Part shown: positions 34,932 through 44,855 of the stretch, piece after piece
How positions within the stretch are numbered: the stretch's first letter is position 1
Layout of the letters: each line of letters starts with the position of its first letter
IMG/VR virus record: IMGVR_UViG_3300033143_006358
Coordinates: 1-50,599 of that record
DNA length: 50,599 nt
From: a virus
Lineage: Duplodnaviria > Caudoviricetes
Reading direction: 5' to 3' (one strand)
The notes under the pieces: model-generated
What the model was told of the DNA's origin: nothing
Database searches by the model: none
The model's input: only the letters and a program-made list of their open reading frames with translations
Position numbers and translations under genes: made by a program

Positions 34932-36857
34932 TTACAGTTGATATTGCGGCTCCTGCCCTTCCATAGGCGGCGCCATAGAATCCATTTCGGGCGCACCGGG
35001 ATAGGGTAGTTCGTCCGGATAGGTTCCCAGCGCGGATTGATGTGCCTTGAGATGGTGGGTAAAGGCATCGCGCACTTCGGTACTGGCCAATTTGAATTCG
35101 GGTCCGCCCATAAAAGAAAGCAATACTTCAATGTCGATCACGTGCATATCGTTTTCGGAAACAATCACTTTGCCCGGCGATTCTCCGTCCGCGTACAGAA
35201 TCACGTTTTCCAGTTTGGCGCGTCGGTAATTCTGCCATTCGATTTCAGCGCCTACGGGGATGTCCAGTCCCAGTTCCCTGACCTTGAACCGATATTCGCG
35301 CGGGGTGACGATGCCGTTCTGCAGCGCTTCGGTAAGGTCGCTGCGCTGCTGGGTCGGCGATTGGGGCATTTTCGAGCCGATACTGATTCGCACTTCGTGC
35401 GGGGAGGGTACGGAGTCCTGATCGAGTTCGATTTCGCCGCTGCGCACATTGTAGCGCACGCCGACGAGCGCGTCGTCGGAAAGCGTCAGCGATACGGCCT
35501 GCCGGTCGCCCCAGAGATTACGGGTGAGCCATAACAGGGCCTTATACGATTCGACCATCATGGACGCCAGCGATTGCATCGGTCCGTTCAGGGGGATATT
35601 CGCGGTTTCGTAGAGCAGCGAAAGAGCCTTGGAACTATCGACCCGACCCGGCGCATCGCCTTTGAACAAATCCGACTGCGCCGACTGTGTTTGCATCAGC
35701 GAGAGTCCCAGTTGCAGCATTTGGTTGGGGAACGGTCCGACGTTGGCCGGTGCGATATTGAACGGCTGTATCTTAGGGTCGAAAGAGCTTTCCTGGTAGA
35801 GTAAACATTTATCGCCGCCGCCGCGCGCTTCCTGTAGTTCTTCGAGGGAAATCCCCATCGTGGCCGACGCCAAAAGCATACCGTACAGGTCCAGATTCTC
35901 CACCTGCGAAAATGCCTGGTTCAACATGGCCTCCACTTCGTCGTTCAGGCCGATAAACTGCTCGACGAACCCCTTGGCGTAGAATCCTCCGACCTGGATA
36001 TAGCGGGCGACATTGACCGGCATGGGCACTTTCTGATTTTTGTAACTATCGTCGCGTATCACCTTTCGACCCGCCATCGCCATGTAACGTTTGAGTATAT
36101 TATCGTTACTGCGCATCCAGCATTCGACGAACCAGCACCATTTCTGGTTGCTGTCGTCACTGCCGCCGGAGGAACGGCCCGTCAACGAGGACGTTTCCTG
36201 CGCCCCCGGCGCCGTACCCATCGGCAGAGAGATAATTTCCAGTTCGGATTCGTCCCCGCTCTTGATCAGTTTTTCGTCGCGCAGCCAGTCGAGAGAGACG
36301 CAGCGCACGCGCAGGAGTCCCTCGACGTTGATCGGGTCGGCGGGTTCGGCGGGAATTCCCATCAATTCCCACGGCGGGATCACTTCCAGAGACGGCTGAC
36401 CGTCCACCGGGAAGGCGCCGACGGCCACGTTGCCGAACTTGATAAACATGGGCAATAGGGTCTCTTTGAGCCGGTCCACTTTTTCTGCCGGCATCCGTTC
36501 ATTCATAATAATCTGCCCGATGGACGCCTTGCGCAGCCCGTCCAGGCCGCGTCCCAGTCGCGTGACGCGGGGGGCGATGTCGATCTGCATCATGCGACCC
36601 AGTTCGGTCTGGTACGTATTGATGATGCCGTCGTATTTGAATCCGATCACGGTCTCGGCGTCGTTCAAATAGCGCACGTTGACGGCCCCGGTCAGGAAAT
36701 TGATGGAACCAAAGTCGCGGATGCCCTGTAAATACAGGTTTAATATCATCCATTTTACTCGTTCCTTGTTGCGGTAAGGACCGGCGCCGTGCGCCAGTCG
36801 ATACAGACATTCGGCCAGTTGTTTTTTATCGGTCGGCAGATTCGATCCTTGTGCCAT
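34932..36857 (-). CDS. Portal protein
   Basis: 641 aa after the terminase; helical with GDAPGRVDS...ALSLL and a disordered acidic/Pro C-terminus. Confidence 0.8.
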   Translation of the reverse strand: MAQGSNLPTDKKQLAECLYRLAHGAGPYRNKERVKWMILNLYLQGIRDFGSINFLTGAVNVRYLNDAETVIGFKYDGIINTYQTELGRMMQIDIAPRVTRLGRGLDGLRKASIGQIIMNERMPAEKVDRLKETLLPMFIKFGNVAVGAFPVDGQPSLEVIPPWELMGIPAEPADPINVEGLLRVRCVSLDWLRDEKLIKSGDESELEIISLPMGTAPGAQETSSLTGRSSGGSDDSNQKWCWFVECWMRSNDNILKRYMAMAGRKVIRDDSYKNQKVPMPVNVARYIQVGGFYAKGFVEQFIGLNDEVEAMLNQAFSQVENLDLYGMLLASATMGISLEELQEARGGGDKCLLYQESSFDPKIQPFNIAPANVGPFPNQMLQLGLSLMQTQSAQSDLFKGDAPGRVDSSKALSLLYETANIPLNGPMQSLASMMVESYKALLWLTRNLWGDRQAVSLTLSDDALVGVRYNVRSGEIELDQDSVPSPHEVRISIGSKMPQSPTQQRSDLTEALQNGIVTPREYRFKVRELGLDIPVGAEIEWQNYRRAKLENVILYADGESPGKVIVSENDMHVIDIEVLLSFMGGPEFKLASTEVRDAFTHHLKAHQSALGTYPDELPYPGAPEMDSMAPPMEGQEPQYQL

Positions 36858-36860
36858 ACT

Positions 36861-37118
36861 TTATCCTATATTATGACTGATTACGAGTTCTTTATCGTCT
36901 GCCTCCGGCGGTAACTTGGTTTTGCGCCGACGGCGAAAATACGTTTGCGTTTTTTTTTGTCGTTGGTTCTCGTGCTTCCGGGCGGAGCGCTGCTTCGCAG
37001 AGTAGTATCGGGTACGTTTTACTTCCTGTATTTCCCCGTGCAGAACGGAGATTGCAATCAGGATGAAACCCTGTAAAACCAGTACGCCTAGGACTCCGCC
37101 AAGAATCAATACGTCCAT
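36861..37118 (-). CDS. Small membrane protein with a basic tail
   Basis: N-terminal TM segment; TAATG-coupled to the terminase gene. Confidence 0.7.
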   Translation of the reverse strand: MDVLILGGVLGVLVLQGFILIAISVLHGEIQEVKRTRYYSAKQRSARKHENQRQKKTQTYFRRRRKTKLPPEADDKELVISHNIG

Positions 37119-38965
37119 TAGACGGCCCTCCGTATCGTTTGGCGTCTCGCATCGTTCGAGGTCCGTGCGCGCCGGTGCGTGCGCCGGGTCGCACGCGGCG
37201 CGCTCTGGCGTACGGCGTCGAGCAATGCCGGGGTGATCCGCTGCGAACCGAGACTATTCAGGTACGGCAGGCCCGTAATCGGTTCGTACATTTTGCCCTG
37301 TAAGATATTTTCCTCGAAGCTCGGCTCTTCTCGTTCTTCGGCGACGTTCACGCCGCTGCGGCGCGGTACGTAGCCGATCATGGCCAGGGCGTCCACGTCG
37401 TCGTCGTTCATTAAAAGCTGTAAATCCACGGTGAAATCGGCCAGGTGCGCACGGAGCATCCGAAACGCGACCTGGGTCTCCAACGGGTATAATTCACCCA
37501 TCGTTTCCGGGGACGCCGGCAGTTTTAACTTGCCGGCGGCTACCCGCCATTCGAGCGCGTTGGCGATCCGCACGCCCTTGGACGTATTCACGGGATATTT
37601 TGGAGATATAACAGCCGGATGCCAGTCGAGATTCGCCGCCGCTTCTTCCACGGCCCGCCGCAGTTCCTCCGCCAGTCGTTTCTGGATGGCGATGGACTCC
37701 GGGGCCAGGACGTGACTCTGCCACCGCGCGCCCTGTGCTAATATAATCTTGCGCACGTCGTCCGGGGACGCCTTGCCGAGCCAGAGGTCCAGGACGTGGG
37801 CGATGTCGTGTCGGTCGAAGCCGGTAGTGACGACGCAGGAAAAATCGCTGGTGCGACTGACCGTATAAGCGAAATCGACCGTCGTCATGCGAAAAAGCGA
37901 GCGCACCCACTTCGCATAGGGGTGTAGCTGCGGTTCCATCGCGCCGTCGGGCAGGCAGAGATTATACGTAACGTCGGCGTCCCCGGGCGCCAGCGGATTG
38001 GCGCTGACGGGGCCGGAGGCGTGATAAAGATTTCTATCCTCTTTCAGGTCCAGTAATCGGTCCTGTTCGCTCATGGGCTTATTCATACATTCGGCGTAGA
38101 AGGCGGCGGCGCCCAAACGCTGCTTTCGTTTTATCAGGACCTCGCTGGTCCATCGTTTCGGCCAGAGCAGGTCGGTAAATTCCCCGCTCGGCATTTCGGT
38201 GCCGGCCTCGTAGATTCTGATATTCCAGAACTTGAATCTCTTGTCCGTACCGCTGCTGGCCCAGTACAGAAAGCTCTTGCGCGACAGGATGGTTCCGATC
38301 CAGAGCAATTTGCAGCCTTCTTCCAGCATGGGCATAATGATACGGAATAACATCCACTCAAAATCTTCGCGCATTTTTTCGCTGGCGCTTTTGGTTTTGG
38401 GATCGTATTCGGGGTCGTCCAGGATAAAGCGGTCCGGGCGGGCGCCGCGTTTGCGCCCCTCGGTGCTGAACCCGCGCAGTTTGGCGCCGTTGGCCAGGCG
38501 CAGGTAATGCCGGTTCCAGACGCCGCTGGCTATTTTTAATTTTCCAAAATCGTCAAGAATGCGGTCGTTGCCGTCCAGCTGCTCCATGATACGGTCGAAC
38601 CGTTCCTCCACCATAGCATCGGTCGATAAACACAGGGCCGTATCGGAATAGGGCATAGTACACAAGTCCAGGAGCGGCAATTCCGTTCCGGCCACTACGC
38701 TTTTGGCGCTGCCGCGCGGCGCGCAGAGAACGTTATAGTCATGTTCCTGTGCGTCGCGTATGATCTGGTAATGGAACGGGGGCGAATCGAACCATCGTTT
38801 GTAGAAGTTAGGGACGGGTTTGAGATACCACTGCCGAAACGCCCACCACGCCGTTACGGTCGCCGCCGCCGAAGAACGGTCTTGCAAAACGCTCATGCGC
38901 GCCTGCTTCTGACCGTCTTTCGTCAAATGCGGATAATCCTGAGGCAGTGGGTAGTAGGAGTTCAT
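37118..38965 (-). CDS. terL: Terminase large subunit
   Basis: Walker A APRGSAKS, Walker B RPDRFILDDPE, WIGT coupling motif, nuclease Asp motifs TVDFA, SDFS and NDDDVDALA. Confidence 0.93.
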   Translation of the reverse strand: MNSYYPLPQDYPHLTKDGQKQARMSVLQDRSSAAATVTAWWAFRQWYLKPVPNFYKRWFDSPPFHYQIIRDAQEHDYNVLCAPRGSAKSVVAGTELPLLDLCTMPYSDTALCLSTDAMVEERFDRIMEQLDGNDRILDDFGKLKIASGVWNRHYLRLANGAKLRGFSTEGRKRGARPDRFILDDPEYDPKTKSASEKMREDFEWMLFRIIMPMLEEGCKLLWIGTILSRKSFLYWASSGTDKRFKFWNIRIYEAGTEMPSGEFTDLLWPKRWTSEVLIKRKQRLGAAAFYAECMNKPMSEQDRLLDLKEDRNLYHASGPVSANPLAPGDADVTYNLCLPDGAMEPQLHPYAKWVRSLFRMTTVDFAYTVSRTSDFSCVVTTGFDRHDIAHVLDLWLGKASPDDVRKIILAQGARWQSHVLAPESIAIQKRLAEELRRAVEEAAANLDWHPAVISPKYPVNTSKGVRIANALEWRVAAGKLKLPASPETMGELYPLETQVAFRMLRAHLADFTVDLQLLMNDDDVDALAMIGYVPRRSGVNVAEEREEPSFEENILQGKMYEPITGLPYLNSLGSQRITPALLDAVRQSAPRATRRTHRRARTSNDARRQTIRRAV

Positions 38966-39210
38966 TTCTTCTTCTTTTTAGCCTTTTTCTTTGGTTTACC
39001 CTCTATCTCGTTACCGAGCGAGCAGGGGACGGGTTTGTGCGTTTGGGGATCTCTTTGGGGCGGGTCCGGGTCCATTGACGGAAGCGGGACCACTTCTTCC
39101 CAGCAGTGTTTCGGGATTTGATTCGCATAGCCCGGCGTCACGTCCAATACCTGACCCTGGTTCAAGCGGCCCAGTACGCCGTCGTATTGTTCGATAATTC
39201 GTATTCTCAT
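38962..39210 (-). CDS. Hypothetical protein with a basic tail
   Basis: GQVLDVTPGYA; ATGA-coupled to terL. Confidence 0.65.
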   Translation of the reverse strand: MRIRIIEQYDGVLGRLNQGQVLDVTPGYANQIPKHCWEEVVPLPSMDPDPPQRDPQTHKPVPCSLGNEIEGKPKKKAKKKKK

Positions 39211-39221
39211 AATTACCTTCC

Positions 39222-39932
39222 TCATAACTTTTCAGAGTTCATAATCGTAAATAAAGCGGCCAGGGTCAGTATGCCGATTGACGCCACGGCGTTCGTCGAA
39301 TAGCCCGGCACAATCCGATGTAGAATAGGCGCCAAGGTCTGGATCTTCTCTTTGTCCTGGATGAATTCATGCACTTTATCGCATAATTCATCGTAAGGGA
39401 GCCGTCGCCCGTCGTCCCGCTCCCAATAGAGAGGAGAGGGCAGGAACCCGATTCGACTAAACGCCTCACGAATATAGATATTCGCCGTGTCCCTATTGAT
39501 CCGGTCGGTCAATAAAAGTATGTCGTCCGGAGATAATGCCTTCCCATAGCGGCTTGGCGATTCGACAGGTTTTTCCGTGTACTGCGCCGCAATATCGCCG
39601 GCGACGCGAAGTGCTTCTTTACTCTCGACCTCCGGCGGAGGTGTTTCATAGGGTTTACCAGACGCAGTCTCAGATAATGTGTTCATGGTTTTTTCCCTCG
39701 TGCTGCGTAGTGAAGTATCGGAACCGGGTTTGGAAATGAATTTACGGCGATTTTTCTTCGCCCGACTGCTCAAACTACGACGTTTGTCCTTCACGCTCTT
39801 ACTGCGAGTGCGACTACTTCTGACGACGCGATACTCCGATTCGTCCACTACGTTGTCGGGAACCTTCGGCGCCAGGGGACCGCTAATATCATTGCTCGGT
39901 ATAACCGTGCCGGGACGCATAGGCATAATCAT
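39222..39932 (-). CDS. Hypothetical protein
   Basis: 236 aa, ATGA-coupled to the upstream gene. Confidence 0.65.
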   Translation of the reverse strand: MIMPMRPGTVIPSNDISGPLAPKVPDNVVDESEYRVVRSSRTRSKSVKDKRRSLSSRAKKNRRKFISKPGSDTSLRSTREKTMNTLSETASGKPYETPPPEVESKEALRVAGDIAAQYTEKPVESPSRYGKALSPDDILLLTDRINRDTANIYIREAFSRIGFLPSPLYWERDDGRRLPYDELCDKVHEFIQDKEKIQTLAPILHRIVPGYSTNAVASIGILTLAALFTIMNSEKL

Positions 39933-40387
39933 TCCTCCGAAGTGTCGTACGTACGCAAAACCTTAACCTCCTCCGGGACATCGCCGGCATCAGGAGTTTT
40001 AAAATCGTCACCCATTAAAAATTTACTCAAAGTGGCCGAGTCCGTAGGAGCGTCGAATACGTTCTTAATGTCCAAATGAGCCATGTCGCCACTATCCAAA
40101 ACTTGCTGAGACACTATATTACGCATCGCCATCTTCACGTTGCGATCAATCGCCACACCAATCAAATCCTCAACCTGACGCAAAGCGCGTAACTGTAAAG
40201 CAGGATTTTCAAAATTGTCCGAAATAGTATGAAGCAAAGTCCCTAAATGCTCCTCAATATTCCAGCCACTATCAGCCAAAACAGCGTTGATACGCTCTAA
40301 ATCAAAGAATCCGCCCAAAGCAGATAACCGACGAGATTTCTTGGCAGGTGCATTATCTTCGACGCTTCTTTTGTCATAATTTAACAT
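39929..40387 (-). CDS. Hypothetical protein, terminase small subunit candidate
   Basis: First gene of the morphogenesis arm, small and helical; positional inference only. Confidence 0.45.
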   Translation of the reverse strand: MLNYDKRSVEDNAPAKKSRRLSALGGFFDLERINAVLADSGWNIEEHLGTLLHTISDNFENPALQLRALRQVEDLIGVAIDRNVKMAMRNIVSQQVLDSGDMAHLDIKNVFDAPTDSATLSKFLMGDDFKTPDAGDVPEEVKVLRTYDTSEE

Positions 40388-40835
40388 AGTCAAAAATTTA
40401 TAAGAAAGTTAAAAGAAAAACAAGAGAAAAATACTACCCACTGTAAGTGAATATTCATCTTTATACGTAAGTGCAGTAAGAGTAAGTAGTTATGGCAAAT
40501 ATCATTATATATAGTAAGTGAATGATGGTGGATATATGAATAAATATTGTAAATGTAAGCGAGATCAATCTCACCCAATCCAAGACTTTTTTGGGGGCCG
40601 ATGATAATCTGATGGAATACAACCACCCGCCGCCGCATACCCATTGTGGGGAAGATTTCCAGGGAATTCAAGTGAAATCCAGGCGGTTTACCTTCGCTTT
40701 TCTAATGCTCTACCTGCGGTTTCCCGGGCGCATCTGGAATCCGCGGCCAGGAAACGGCAAGCAAGGCGCCGGAAAACATCGTGTAAAGCCTTGACATATC
40801 GACGCTTGCGGATTATATTGCCTTCGCAGCGTCCG

Positions 40836-40869
40836 AAGTTATCCACAATCGCTTGTTAAGTTATCCACA
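40836..40869 (+). promoter_or_regulatory. Two perfect DnaA boxes
   Basis: AAG-TTATCCACA, boxes at 40839-40847 and 40861-40869, 22 bp apart. Confidence 0.75.
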
Positions 40870-41295
40870 TTGTATTGCATAATGTTAGATGGAAATAAAA
40901 TGTATGTGGCTATGAATCTATACCCTGGACGTCGGCTATTGTCGGCTATATCGCCCATCTTACCATCGCATTACATGCCGATTACAGGTCAATAATCGGC
41001 ATTGCAATGAAATTCGACGCGACCGCGCACGCATAAATCATTACATCGCAGGCATTTACGCCGATTCTGTTAGCTTTTGCATCGGCAACATGCACATTTT
41101 GAGCGCGCATAAATGATATAAGTCCATACGTGACAGTATAATACGCGCATAATGCCAACGGTTTGGAATCAGGCGTAATCTGTAGTAGTTACGGCGCGGA
41201 ATATAGATATATTATGCAATATCAGTATAAACCCTGATATTGGCATCAGTAATACTACTTAGATAGGTGTCAAATTTATCTCTATCCACGTTCAC

Positions 41296-41356
41296 GTTTC
41301 GTTTGTGCATCATTTTGTTGTTTTTTTACATCATATTGTTTCGTTTGTGCATCATT
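41296..41356. repeat. 19-bp direct repeat
   Basis: gtttcgtttgtgcatcatt at 41296-41314 and 41338-41356. Confidence 0.85.
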
Positions 41357-41635
41357 GTTATTGTATCTTACCTATTTTAACATTCTGATTACCTATTCAC
41401 CCTATCTTGCCTATATTAACACTCATCTTCTCTATTTACCCTATTTTATCCAGCTTACCTAATCGTCACATCTTACCATTTACCAATCTTCGCATTTTGG
41501 TCACTCATTCACCATTTTGCGAACGAGCGATATTTCGCTTTTTTGCTTAATTATGTAAACTCTTTTCGCACAAGCACTTATCAATACTACGTTATATAGT
41601 ATTAAATATTATCTAATAAAAGTGTATCAAATCGC

Positions 41636-41664
41636 TTGACTTTGCATCGTTTAAATGGTATTTA
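41636..41664 (+). promoter_or_regulatory. Possible promoter for the small-gene cluster
   Basis: TTGACT-17 nt-TATTTA with TG upstream of the -10; the -10 box is imperfect. Confidence 0.4.
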
Positions 41665-41714
41665 TTTATAGACGTTGTTGTTGTTATGGATTTTTTTTTA
41701 AAGGGAGCCAAATT

Positions 41715-41975
41715 ATGATTACTGCTGATTCTATTGAGACAAGCGAGCGGATTTTACATGAGTATCTATCCCCTTATGGCTGGTCTATGCTGGACGTTGG
41801 GGTCGGTCTGAATAAGTTTATGGACGTATTCGGGCAAACCGGCCTCGCAGCTATGCTGCGATACATCTCTTTTTCGGCAGAAAATACGGATGAATCCATC
41901 ATTGCCGCGACTATCGGCCATGATCTGATGGGCTGCGAATCTGAGTGTTTTTCTCCGCGTACGTCCGGATATTAA
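41715..41975 (+). CDS. Hypothetical early protein
   Basis: ATG 41715 with AAAGGGAG SD. Confidence 0.7.
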   Translation: MITADSIETSERILHEYLSPYGWSMLDVGVGLNKFMDVFGQTGLAAMLRYISFSAENTDESIIAATIGHDLMGCESECFSPRTSGY

Positions 41976-41990
41976 GCCTAGCGCGTCTTT

Positions 41991-42026
41991 GCGTTCTCCC
42001 GGGTCGCTCCCGGGAACGCGCTTTTT
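41991..42026 (+). terminator. Terminator-like hairpin
   Basis: gcgttctcccggg/cccgggaacgc followed by gcttttt. Confidence 0.55.
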
Positions 42027-42064
42027 GTTAACATTATATAACCTCTAATTCGAAAGGACGAAAA

Positions 42065-42313
42065 ATGAAAAGGGTAATTATCGCAACGACACACACTGTG
42101 CATGGCATGTTGGAGCAAGGCGGCGTCTGTGGCCGGCGCATATCATACGCCGGCGCCGATATAGCCGAGATTATGGAGTGCAACACCAGCAAAGCATCTG
42201 CCTACAATGGTACAGAGTTGGTGCCAGGATGCGACCATGTGACGCTCAATCAATATCTTGTGAAGCATGGTTACAAAGGCCGCGTCGTGCGGAAGGGCGA
42301 GTTAATACAATAA
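42065..42313 (+). CDS. Hypothetical early protein
   Basis: GAAAGG SD. Confidence 0.7.
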   Translation: MKRVIIATTHTVHGMLEQGGVCGRRISYAGADIAEIMECNTSKASAYNGTELVPGCDHVTLNQYLVKHGYKGRVVRKGELIQ

Positions 42314-42381
42314 GTCGGGTAATACTTTTGGTTTGTAATAAATCTATGAGCAACAATAATTTGATTTGAAAGGGATGAAAA

Positions 42382-43182
42382 ATGAACCTCACAACAGATC
42401 ACTCTAGCAGTAGTTATAACTCACCAGTATTAGTGGACGATAGCGGCCAGGCCTACGGGCCGCATGATGTGCTGCCTTGTGGGTCGCGCGCATCTGATTA
42501 TGTCGCAGACCACCCACAATGCGGAGATGAGGATCTCCGATCGGTATATCTATCGCTCGCTCGCCACTTGAGCATTACGCCAAAGACTACCAAATCGCAG
42601 ACAACGCCGAGCATATCATGCTCATTTGGCCGTGATATTGGTATCGATGTTGTTACTTGGGGGACAATGATTACCTCAGATTATGGCCATGCTAGTTACG
42701 GCGATACCCCTGAGCAGCGGCATTATCATCTTTACGATATGCGCGCGCGCGCGATCGCGATAGAGTACCTCGATGCCGCCAAACTGGCGGATTGGGGAGC
42801 CGCTGCTCAATGGTCCTGGAGCGAGGATCTAAAGTCCGCCGCTTATGCAAAAATACACGAAAAACATCCAGGCATGGGCAAAAAAAAGGCCTATAATACC
42901 GGCAATCAACTGGCATCTCAAGCCTTAGCCGCTGCCGAGCAATACTATGCCTCATTGGCGGCGGGGCTGGTGGATATGGTCTATAAGATAGATAAAAAAG
43001 CTCAACAAAGCGGCAGAACGGTTTGGTCCACAGCGGTATATGAGGATCACTACATCGTCAAATTTGTGCCATACCCGACGCCTGAGGGAGCTAATATAAG
43101 CCCCCTAATTACCGTACAGCGTATTACTCGTGCTTCGCAGCGTAGCGCCGCTACGCAGAGTAGTAGTAGATTAGATAAGTAG
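42382..43182 (+). CDS. Hypothetical early protein
   Basis: MNLTTDHSSSSYNSPVLVDDSGQAYGPHD N-terminal motif; GAAAGGG SD; carries an in-frame palindromic insert near the 3' end. Confidence 0.75.
   Translation: MNLTTDHSSSSYNSPVLVDDSGQAYGPHDVLPCGSRASDYVADHPQCGDEDLRSVYLSLARHLSITPKTTKSQTTPSISCSFGRDIGIDVVTWGTMITSDYGHASYGDTPEQRHYHLYDMRARAIAIEYLDAAKLADWGAAAQWSWSEDLKSAAYAKIHEKHPGMGKKKAYNTGNQLASQALAAAEQYYASLAAGLVDMVYKIDKKAQQSGRTVWSTAVYEDHYIVKFVPYPTPEGANISPLITVQRITRASQRSAATQSSSRLDK
43125..43165. repeat. REP/MITE-like palindromic element, copy 2
   Basis: tactcgtgcttcgcagcgtagcgccgctacgcagagtagta. Confidence 0.75.
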
Positions 43183-43192
43183 CATTTTTTAA

Positions 43193-43227
43193 CCCTGCCT
43201 CCCGCGCGGTGCGGGGGGCGGGATTTT
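43193..43227 (+). terminator. Terminator-like hairpin
   Basis: cctgcctcccgc/gcggggggcggg GC-rich stem followed by atttt. Confidence 0.6.
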
Positions 43228-43258
43228 AGGAGCAACAAAATTTTGAAAGGGTGAAAAA

Positions 43259-43516
43259 ATGAATTACCTGGTTCAAATCGACGACGGATGTCTAACATTC
43301 GTCAACCAAAGAGTTTATCGCGAGCGATCATTAGGTGAAGTGATAGCAAACATTCAGCGTCAACGCAAAGACAATGGCGAATCTTATTGGCGACTACAAT
43401 CGCCAGTAGACGTTTACGGTGGCGCTGGGCGGCTATATCGTACTACCGGTCGTAACCACCTGGCTGGCAATGAGTTTGTCATGATCTTTCCACTGGCGGG
43501 CTTGGAGAACTACTAA
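43259..43516 (+). CDS. Hypothetical early protein
   Basis: GAAAGGG SD; ends LENY. Confidence 0.7.
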   Translation: MNYLVQIDDGCLTFVNQRVYRERSLGEVIANIQRQRKDNGESYWRLQSPVDVYGGAGRLYRTTGRNHLAGNEFVMIFPLAGLENY

Positions 43517-43539
43517 ACTTTAACAGGAAGGGTGTAAAA

Positions 43540-43761
43540 ATGAAAAGGCACTACGTAAAAACTTACGGAGTTCGGGAGATAATATGGAAAGGTAAAAAGC
43601 GCTTTTGCGTTGTTTGTGACGGGCGACACCATCCCGACATGAACTACGCAAAGAGGGCGTTTGCCCTCAAAGAGGCGAAGTGTTTCTGCCGTAACGTACA
43701 TGTCAACTTTACTGACTTCCAGGGTAATCACGTAACCTTTGAATATATAGAACAGGAGTAA
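43540..43761 (+). CDS. Hypothetical early protein
   Basis: GGAAGGG SD. Confidence 0.65.
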   Translation: MKRHYVKTYGVREIIWKGKKRFCVVCDGRHHPDMNYAKRAFALKEAKCFCRNVHVNFTDFQGNHVTFEYIEQE

Positions 43762-43764
43762 ATC

Positions 43765-43965
43765 ATGATTATCAGTAAAGACTTAAACGAGGAGATCATC
43801 GCCGTTCTGGATAATCTCATCATCGACCTGGGCGAAGCGCACGCGGTCGAGAAGGACGCCGGTCACTATGGAGATGACGGCTGTAAGTATTGCGACGACA
43901 TCGTAGCGGGTAGTCGGTTACTTAATAAACTCCAACATTTAAAAGAAGGTGATTTAGTTGACTAA
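43765..43965 (+). CDS. Hypothetical protein with H and CxxC residues
   Basis: AGGAG SD. Confidence 0.65.
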   Translation: MIISKDLNEEIIAVLDNLIIDLGEAHAVEKDAGHYGDDGCKYCDDIVAGSRLLNKLQHLKEGDLVD

Positions 43966-44146
43966 AAAACTGTATAGCGTGGAATGTCCTGAGTGTGGGC
44001 GCGAAGGCAGGATCGAAGCTTTTTGCGGGGATATGATCGTGATGTCCTGCCCGGAAGATTGCGGGATATTCTACGCGGACTTTGAGGCAATACTTACTTG
44101 TGATCGGGTATTATCCGGGATCAATGCGGACCTGGAGAACTATTAA
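43958..44146 (+). CDS. Small Zn-ribbon-like protein
   Basis: CPECG...CPEDCG; TTG start overlapping the previous gene; ends LENY. Confidence 0.6.
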   Translation: MTKKLYSVECPECGREGRIEAFCGDMIVMSCPEDCGIFYADFEAILTCDRVLSGINADLENY

Positions 44147-44171
44147 ACTTTAACGTAAAGGAAGGTGTATT

Positions 44172-44429
44172 ATGAGTTTACCCACATTTTTTAGTTATTG
44201 CGGCGCGCATGCGCTGGCGTTTGAAATTGGCGATATAACTGTATATTTCAGTTATCATACGCCGGTCGCTTATTATACTAATGGTTCGGGTTCTGTTGTG
44301 CGGGAGAACGAATGGGGACCGACAACCGGGAAGCACTTAAACGCCATCGACAGCGGCGACAAGGAAAGCCGTATCCCCGGAGATGAATTCGAGAAGCGTT
44401 TGGAGGAATTACTGAATGTCAAAACGTGA
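44172..44429 (+). CDS. Conserved small phage protein
   Basis: VYFSYHTPVAY...NEWGPTTGKHLNAID motif. Confidence 0.8.
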   Translation: MSLPTFFSYCGAHALAFEIGDITVYFSYHTPVAYYTNGSGSVVRENEWGPTTGKHLNAIDSGDKESRIPGDEFEKRLEELLNVKT

Positions 44430-44434
44430 CTGGT

Positions 44435-44467
44435 TACTCGTGCTTCGCAGCGCTTCGCAGAGTAGTA
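44435..44467. repeat. REP/MITE-like palindromic element, copy 3
   Basis: tactcgtgcttcgcagcgcttcgcagagtagta. Confidence 0.75.
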
Positions 44468-44518
44468 CTGGTCTTACTGGCATTTATGGCTTTATGCTGA
44501 AACGGAAAGGTGTGTTAT

Positions 44519-44743
44519 ATGAATAACTTACAACTACAAACCTGTAAATATTGTCAGGCAGAACTTATGCGTATAGCGGGTATAGTTAAATTACACTATC
44601 CGCGAGGTTGCACAATCGCCCAAGTTGAGGAGATTGTGACAAAAAACTGGAGCGCTTTTCAATCAATAAATCCCGACTCAAAAGACGCTGAACTAGTTGT
44701 ATGTGAAGTTGCTAAGAGAATTAAGAGGCTAAAAACCAAATAA
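44519..44743 (+). CDS. Hypothetical protein
   Basis: ATG 44519 with GGAAAGG SD. Confidence 0.65.
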   Translation: MNNLQLQTCKYCQAELMRIAGIVKLHYPRGCTIAQVEEIVTKNWSAFQSINPDSKDAELVVCEVAKRIKRLKTK

Positions 44744-44758
44744 CGTAAGGGTAAAAAA

Positions 44759-44851
44759 ATGAAACAAATCTTGTCTGATATTATGGGCGTCGTGGTGATG
44801 CTCGTACTGATATTTATCGTTTATATGATCCTGGTAGGGATCGGAAGGTAA
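44759..44851 (+). CDS. 30-aa single-TM peptide, not in ORF track
   Basis: MKQILSDIMGVVVMLVLIFIVYMILVGIGR; same AAGGGT-An-ATG start context as its neighbours. Confidence 0.6.
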   Translation: MKQILSDIMGVVVMLVLIFIVYMILVGIGR

Positions 44852-44855
44852 CATT

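Larger units (their letters stand above)
40390..41700. other. Large AT-rich non-coding region: candidate origin and/or packaging terminus
   Basis: No credible ORF; lies between divergent arms; contains DnaA boxes and short direct repeats. Confidence 0.7.

Noticed and set aside
40390-40859. Short ORFs in the large intergenic region
   Set aside because: Low-complexity, atypical composition, no SD, and mutually overlapping on both strands
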